44,843 nucleotides of DNA from Reclinomonas americana ATCC 50394 (Eukaryota). The stretch is from contig PS015061.1 in NCBI GenBank assembly GCA_048213135.1, positions 364,628-409,470 on the forward strand. The letters run 5' to 3'. The position numbers were made by a program, and so were the translations under genes. This document shows, piece after piece, positions 34,522 through 44,843 of the stretch. The notes beneath the pieces were generated by a model that saw nothing but the letters and a program-made list of their open reading frames with translations, had not been told where the DNA came from and did no database searches. The stretch's first letter is position 1; each line of letters starts with the position of its first letter.

Positions 34522-35187
34522 GAGGGAGAGAGGCTGGGGAGGGGGAGTCTCGAGTCGTGTGCCCAATCACAAATCTTAATGAATTTCACTTTGGCCAGAG
34601 AGCGTGACGAGGAGCGTTCAGGTCAGTGGCCACTTGTGCGTCAGCAGCAACCACAGCAGCACCAGGCAGAGAGACAACAGGAGACAGCAACACAGAGAAG
34701 TACCGCAGTGCTGAGGCGTGGCAGGCAACTGGCAGCTGCTGGGGATTGACGTCTGCGACCTTGTTCGTCTGTGCCGGCTTGGCCACCAAACCAGCAGTTG
34801 GCAAGACGACCATCGACCACCCTACAGCGAGCGGTGGAGCATGCATGCTCAGCCACAGGGCGAGTCGGCGATCGGCGGCGTGTCAACAGCTTCACCGCAG
34901 AGTTGATCCAGAGTGGCCGCTCGCTCCACCACCGATCGAGTACAGGCCGAGACTTCACAGATCGCAGACGGATTGCCAGCGATGTCGCGATACACTACCT
35001 CGCGATGATTGGATCACGCTGGCTTTTCTGATCGTCGCGCAGCTCCAATGACGAACGCCAGTGAGAGAGTTGATCATGTGGGAAAAATGTTCGACCTCAC
35101 ATTGATCATGCGCACGCACACACAGGGAGAGAGAGCGACGCACACACACCGCGCTCGTGGAGGGCGTCAACGCGTTGGCCACATCAA

Positions 35188-35323
35188 GGTACCAAAGCGA
35201 CGCGGTCGGAAAAACAGTGTGCGCGTGCACGAGTTGCAGGAGTGGCAAAAGCCACGCAGTCTTGTCGACGTAGTAGGCGCCGTCCTCACGGATCTGGAAA
35301 ATTGATAGGCCAGTGTGGGGAAT
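35188..35323 (-). pseudogene. N-terminal remnant of an AAA-ATPase_like (PF09820-type) gene, frameshifted
   Basis: IPHTGLSIFQIREDGAYYVDKTAWLLPLL in one frame and TLFFRPRRFG in the adjacent frame match the family signature G..F..IR..YYVDKT...RPRRFGK. Confidence 0.7.
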
Positions 35324-35573
35324 CTGTCGTGCAGTTGAACGAGCTCGAGAGGGTTGTTGTGAAAACCAACTCCCAAGATTGCAGTCTGAGAACAACGAGT
35401 CGCCAGCGCCGGCATTCCGGCAGCAGTGCGAAGCCAGCGGGGGGATATACTGGTGGCGGAGCGTGTGCATTCACGGCGAGCGTGGGCCCGGAAAAAGCTC
35501 AATAAAGTCCTCTATTTTGTTCAGTGTGGAGCAATTCAATTGTCAGATTGACTCCCAACGTCGAGAGCAGGCC

Positions 35574-38500
35574 ATGTCGGTGTGTTGGCGTGTTTGTGCA
35601 TTCATTCTCTTATTCCTCGCTTGTTTCCCACTCACCCTTCCGTGCAGTTCTCTGTGCACGTGAGCGCAGCGCATGATTCGTCGCTGTCGGCGGTGGTGGA
35701 GGGCATGTCGGCCATGTCCACTCTCGCCGACTTGCTGCGTGAGGCCACACGCTTGCTGCGCGAGAAGAGTGGAGATGGGGAGATGGAGATTGTGGGAGTG
35801 AAGAAGCCGATGGCATTCAACATCGCCAAGTTCGGGGTGATGGAACTGGCGGACCTTGGCATCAGCTCATCAACTCACCTGGTTGTCCATCTGACACTTG
35901 GCATGGCGCTGCAGTCGAGTGGAGTGAGTGGCAGTGAGAGTGGAAGGTATGTGTTTGTGAATCATCATATATGGCAACATGCAACTCACTCAAGTCCTCA
36001 CGCAGCAACTCGGAGCGAGTTACTCGGTTTGTTCTGCTTGCCGTAATCATCTTCCTCTCTCCTCTGCTTGCTCTTCACTTTCGTGAGAGTGTGCTGACTG
36101 CGTTGCGTGTGCACGCACAGCATGATCAACTCGCAGCGCGTCAACATGGCCTTTGAGGTGGTGGAAGAGGCCGTGCGTTTGCGCTGTCAACGCATACTGG
36201 CGCAGTTCAGTCGTGATCATTCCGACTTTGATGTGCGAGCGTGGGTGCCGAGTTTCACGCCTGCTGGCATGGATGCGGCGGCAGTGAAGGAATGGCGTGA
36301 TCGACATGCTCCACTCCACCCCTCTCGGGTCAAGTTGTTTGACGAGAAGCAGCCGGTGATGTTGGCCTGGCGTGCTGCATTCGACACCGATTCATCGTCT
36401 GACCCTCCGTGTGACGGTTTCGATACGACGGCACTCACCTCCATCATGCTGTTTGGTGGTTACGTTCATGATGACGGTCGCCAGCTGCGTCTGATCGACA
36501 ATGCTGATGAACGGAAGGCCGTGGAGGAGCTACAGTACACCAGGAACAAGCTGAGACACGATGAGTTGCCAGTGACGCATGGCAGTGTGCAGCAGTATCT
36601 CGGTGACGGTGGTGTCTTCCTCTCTATTCTTACTCGACTTCAATTGACGGCTGATGAGCGTGCTCAATTCTCTGCTCGTATCTCCGAGGCACGTCACGCT
36701 CGACACATCGTGGACACATTCGAAGAGCGACTGCATCAGCTGGCTTTGCGTGAGCTCTCATTCTACCAGCACGATGAGAATGTGCGCAAGGACATGCAGA
36801 TGTATGTGCCACTTCTGTGCTCCCGTGAACGTGACGTCTCATCGAGAGACAAGATGACGGATCTGTTGACGGAGGTGGATGAATTCCTCTCCGACGCCAA
36901 CACCACTTGCCGCGTGCTGGTGCTCTTTGGCAACAGTGGAGCCGGCAAGACCACCTCCATGTCGGTGCTTGCTGAGCGAGCGTGGCGACAGTGGCAGACG
37001 AGAGAAAGCAGACGAGTGCCTGTGCGTGTGCCTCTTGGTGCACTGCGCAACGCGGACGAGCGATTGTTGGAGGAGGCACTGGAGCGACTGTCGCCTGAGT
37101 TGGGATTGGAGTCGGATGTCCGGCGATTGAAGGAGGAGCCACTGTTATTGTTGCTTGACGGGTACGATGAGTTGTACCGTGGTGTGAATTTGTTTGTCAA
37201 GAATCAGCTGGATGTGTGTCACGATGTGAAGGTGATTATCACCTGCCGAAGTGATTACGCACTGACGGCGCTGGGTGGGGTGACGCAGTATCGACGGTAC
37301 CTTGCAACAGTGGATGCACGCGGACAGTTGTGTATGCTGCAGTTGATGGAGCGACACATTGCGCCGTTCAACAAGGAGCAGATTGAGGAGTACATTGAGC
37401 GACTGGTGCAAGCAAGTGGTGATGACGGTGAGGTGCGATGGTCGACTGCCGAGGAATACATTCGTGCACTAAAGAGTGTGCGCGGATTGGATGCACTGGT
37501 GTCGAATCCATTCTTGCTGGCAGTAGTGGCGCGTGTGTTGCCGCAGTTGGCGGCCGTTGGTTTGCAGCGACCGACTCGGCGAGATGTGTTTGATCGATTC
37601 ATGCGACTGTGGATTGAGAGGGAGCAGGAGAGGCAGAAGCGTCTTGATGCGGATCGTGTGCCGAGCGAGGAGACGTGTCTGGCATTCTGCGAGGGACTGG
37701 CGCGGTCGATGCATAAGAGAAATGTGGTTCGTGTGTCTGTGACAGAGAGTCAAGCTGGTGATGACGGAGAGGATGATGACTTTGGTGGTGCGCCTCTCGA
37801 TCGTCGGCGAGTTGAAGAGGGACCATTTGACAAGTTTCTCGGTCACAAGAATCAGCACGTGCTAGTGTGCTGCCCGATTGTGCGACGGTATGGGACGGCG
37901 CAGTGGGGATTCGTGCATTTGTCGTTGCTGGAGCATTGTGTGGCACGGCATGTGTTTGCGTGGGAGACGTGGGAGGAGGAGAGGAGATTGACCATGCAAG
38001 ATGTGCAGCAGCATGTGCTGGCTGTGCGATTGCTGAATGATCGACCATCGTTGGTGGAACAGATGGCCGAGGTGGTGCGACGATCACCTGCGTTGCAGGC
38101 GAGACTGTGGGAGGTGATTGAGTTGTCACGGGAGGTGGATGAGGAACGAGTGGTGAGGGCAGCGGCAAATGCAGCAACGGTGCTGTGTGTGGCACAAGTG
38201 TCGTTCAGTGGGCGCGATCTGTCGGGTGTGCGAGTGAGGGGTGCGGATTTGAGAGATGCGGTGATGCACAGGACGGTGTGGAGGGGAGCGGATTTGCGAG
38301 GGGTGAATGTGTGCATGGCTTATGCGAGGGAGGCGGATTTTGGAGATGCGGATGTGACTGGGGTGAAGTGGCCGAGAAAGCCGATTGTGGGGCACGTTGA
38401 TGTCGTAACATGCGTCTCCTTCACTCCCGATGGTCAGCACATCGTAAGTGGGAGTTGGGATAGGACTGTACGGGTGTGGTCTGCGGCGGGTGGAGAAGAA

Positions 38501-41301
38501 GTACGACGCTTTGAGGGACATACTGAAGGGATTTTGTCCGTCGCCGTCACTCCTGATTGCCAGCACATTGTGAGTGGCGGTGAGGACTACACAGTACGGG
38601 TGTGGTCACTGGCGAGTGGTGAAGAAGTGCAACGATTGGAGGGACACACTGGATGGGTGCTGTCTGTTGCCATCACACTCGACGGTCAGCACCTGGTGAG
38701 TGGGAGTGCTGACAAAACTGTACGAGTGTGGTCACTGGCGAGCGGAGAAGAAGCGCGACGGTTGGAAGGGCACGCCGGTATGGTGTGGTCCGTATCTGTC
38801 ACTCCTGATGGACAACGCATTGTAAGTGGAAGTGACGACAAAACTGTACGAGTGTGGTCACTGGCGAGCGGAGAAGAAGTGCGACGGTTTGGGAGACACG
38901 CCGAAGGGGTGTCAGCTGTCGCCGTCACTCCCGACGGTCAGCACATTGTTAGTGGCGGATACGACAAGATAGTGCGAGTGTGGTCTTTGGTATGTGGAGA
39001 GGAAGTGCGACGATTGAAGGGACACACTGATAAGGTGCTATCTGTTGCCGTCACTCCTGATGGGTGTCATATTGTCAGTGGCAGTCGAGACAAGACGGTT
39101 CGTGTGTGGTCGGTGGCAAGTGGTAAAGAAGTGCGTCGGTTTAAGGGACACTCTACAGCGGTGTACTCTGTCGCCGTCTCTCCCAATTGTCTGCATATTG
39201 TGAGTGGCGCTTATGACAAGACCCTGCGAATTTGGTCACTGGCGGGTGGTGACAAAGTGCGATACTTTGAGGGAGAAACTGACGCAGACGTGGTGCAGCT
39301 TGTGGATGAGCGACTAGGCGGTGTGGCATCACGGGTATTGCGACGAAGGATCGTGGAGGCACTGCAGAGTGAACGGCGAGAAAGGAATGCACTGCGAATG
39401 AGTGCTAGTGTTGGGTGAGTGACGGAGGTTCTCTGTTGCCAAGAGGCGCAGGCAATTGACTCACTTCTTCCTTTTCCCTCTCGCGCAGCTGGTTGCAGTC
39501 TCAGTCTCCAGCTCAGCTGACGGAATCTCAACTGGAGGAGTTGTTGGCTGCAATCGACGGTGACACGCTGCCGGAGCTGCTGGAGCGCTTCATGAGGTCG
39601 CAGCCAGCATCAACTCAGCGCTTGTTGATGTTTATTACGGCTTGCAAGGAACTCGCCTTGACCGCGACTCCTATGCTCATTCGAGTGGCAACGGGTGCGT
39701 TGCGAGTAATTCCCGACATAACGATGACTGTAGACGGTGATGTTGAGCAGGCTGCTGTGAAGGAAGATGAGGAAGCCGCATATCGACTGGTGGAGCTAGG
39801 TCAGTGTGTGCGCCGACTGCGACTGCATGAGCTGGCACGAGAGAGGAGACGACGTGCACCCGAGGTGGTGGGTGAGCGGGTGCAGTATGACGAATTGAGC
39901 AAGGAGGAGGAGCAGCGAGTTCGTGCACGGCGTGATGAGTTGGTCGGTGACGGTGATGTGGAACAAGATTTGCAGAGTTTGCAAGCGTTGCGTCTGGTGA
40001 GTATAGGTGCAAGCAGTGGTGCAGATAGCGTAGTTCGTGTACTGTGTAACAAGGGCGCGTGCGAGAGCGACAAGGCTGTAGAATACCGAGTGCATGATGA
40101 GCTTGCTGCCTGGATCGCGAGACGTTTCGCGGATGTCGTGTCGCGTACACAACGGTTGCTGACGCGGCTGGTGTGCGGTGCACTGAGCGGAATCGACTCG
40201 TGGTCTGATTGTGACGGAGTACTATCGGTGTCTCGAGAATCACTCGGCGCGCTGCACTCGATGTGGCGCCGGTTGGGCGCGGACAGTCACATGTGGTCAA
40301 CCGACGTTGTTGGAGTGGATGGGTTGCTCCTGCAATGTAATGCAGTGGAGTGGGTTGGTGAACTGTGCGTGGCCGAGCGGCTTCCCGCACGTGGCTTTGA
40401 TCTGGCTGTCGCCGCGAAACTTGTTGAACGACTGACAGCATGCGCACGTGGCGGATGTCCTCCCTTGTTGTTGTTTGCCATCGAGAAATCTCGCGGGTGG
40501 TTGTTGCAAATGTTACGAAAGTGGGGTGAGTGCAATGCAGCATGGCAGAAGGTGTTGCAACTTGTTCCCGAGGTTGACAGCGATTTGTTGCCGGCGACTG
40601 CGTTGCGCTTTGTGTCGTGGTTTGCTTTTCTGGCGGGCAAACAGCGCGTGCTTGAGCAATGCCACATGGACCAGTCTACGACTCTGGGTGAGAATCACCC
40701 TGACACTCTGACGACGCTGACGCGGCTGGCGAAGCATCTCAACCACCGCGAACACTACGCCGAAGCCGAAGATATAGATCGGCGATGTTGGGAGGTGCGA
40801 CGGCTTGTTCTCGGCAGTGAGCATCCGGACACTCTCATTTCCATGGGCAACTTGGCCTCAGACATGCAGCCAGCTGGTCGATTGGAGGAGGCCATCCAGC
40901 TCGAACGCGAATGCTTCGAGCACCGGCGACGTGCACTCGGCGAGTTGCATCCGGAGACTCTCACCGCGAAGAACAACCTTGCCGTATCTCTTGTGCATCG
41001 TGACGCCGTAGAGTCGTTGGCTGAAGCAGCTTATTTGTTTCGTGACTGCTTGGACGGGAGGCGAGTGGCAATGGGCGACATGCACGAGAGAACACTGGAG
41101 ACAATGTGTGATGCAGCCGCGGCGTGGATGAGGCAGCTGCGATGGGGCGAGGCCGAGGTGCTGCTGGCGGAGTGTATTGACGGTTGTCGGGCATTGTACG
41201 GAGATCAACATCCAGTCACAGTGGAGACAGTAGGCTTGCTGGAGGAATGCCGTCGCCGTCAGCGTGACGAGGCGGAGCGAGCGCTTGCTGCGCGGACGTG
41301 A
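35574..41301 (+). CDS. NLR-like STAND protein: ubiquitin-like / HEPN / NACHT / pentapeptide / 7x WD40 / helical / TPR, ~1803 aa, 4 exons (35574-35579, 35648-35946, 36121-39414, 39489-41301)
   Basis: All three GT-AG introns keep the frame. FDTTALTSIM..EELQYTRNKLRH (RxxxxH at 36542-36559); Walker A GNSGAGKT (36929); Walker B LLLLLDGYDE; KVIITCR; NPFLL; FVHLSLLEH; pentapeptide repeats; 7 WD40; TPRs of the LG..HP.TL..NLA type. Confidence 0.85.
38390..39270 (+). repeat. Seven tandem ~126-bp WD40-coding repeats with high nucleotide identity
   Basis: Recurring gtgtggtcactggcgagcggagaagaag and gtcactcctga blocks at a 42-codon period. Confidence 0.9.
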
Positions 41302-41862
41302 TGATGTCCAGCCGTTGTTGTTGTGCTGGCTCATGTGGTTTGAGTTAGGCGCCGGCACCCATGTCGGTGGAGGTGGCGACGCGTGGCCCATCACCGCTGC
41401 GATGAGCGAGCAGCATGCAGGTCAGCTGACCGAAGCGTGCTTTCTCCGCTTGCCCCCCGTTGTTTCTCACACTCGCCACCCCCGGCATGCAGGTCGATGA
41501 CGCGCGGTGCTCACGCCGCATGGTCGTCACCTGTGTCGGCTGGCGCTGTTGCGCGCCACGCCAGCCAGTGCACTGGCCAAGTACGTGAGTTGTTGTTGTC
41601 GGGATCAATGTACGTAAGGGAAAAAGTGTATGACTGCAACTTTTGAGTCGAGCGTATTTGACTTCTCACGTGAATAACTTCTCTCACCGACATCGCTGCA
41701 CCACTTGCCACACATCGCTAGGTAGCCTGCCGTGCAGCCTACACGAAAGACAATGTACAGCCCCACTTTCTCGCCCTCCTTCACCAAGAGTTCTCATTTC
41801 TATTGTACATCGATGTGTTAAGGGGAAAGTTCGTCACACATTTTTCCGCACTCGCGACGACG

Positions 41863-44843
<2,981 letters not shown>

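Noticed and set aside
36107-41301. Treating 36107..39418 and 39493..41301 as two genes
   Set aside because: The TGA at 39416 lies inside a GTGAGT donor, the CAG at 39488 restores the frame, and the second ORF has no ATG at its start.
41400-41450. Short resemblance (GQLTEA vs AQLTES) to the start of the last NLR exon
   Set aside because: Only ~13 nt match; compatible with chance.

Overview
Gene-dense, GC-rich eukaryotic (protist-like) genomic DNA with many short (~55-80 nt) GT-AG spliceosomal introns and two assembly gaps. Most ORFs in the track are exon fragments or antisense shadows; I rebuilt the gene models by eye from splice sites and reading frames. In order: a PPR protein with a mitochondrial-type presequence, a Vti1-type SNARE, a TPR protein ending in a CaaX box, three PP2C phosphatases (two are tandem duplicates, one of them frameshifted), two kinesin-like coiled-coil paralogs with degenerate switch motifs flanking a GCNA/ACRC SprT protease, a low-complexity hypothetical gene, an intronless SAM methyltransferase between apparent remnants of an AAA-ATPase_like (PF09820-type) gene, and a GH3 beta-xylosidase. 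Two things stand out. (1) An NLR-like pair: a ~1800-aa ubiquitin-like/HEPN RNase/NACHT/pentapeptide/WD40/TPR gene, and a paralog 6 kb away with the same ubiquitin-like exon and post-NACHT module but no HEPN or NACHT. (2) A large class of 5' splice sites shifted by one base (GTTGCG-type). Domain calls come from motif recognition only; no searches were run.
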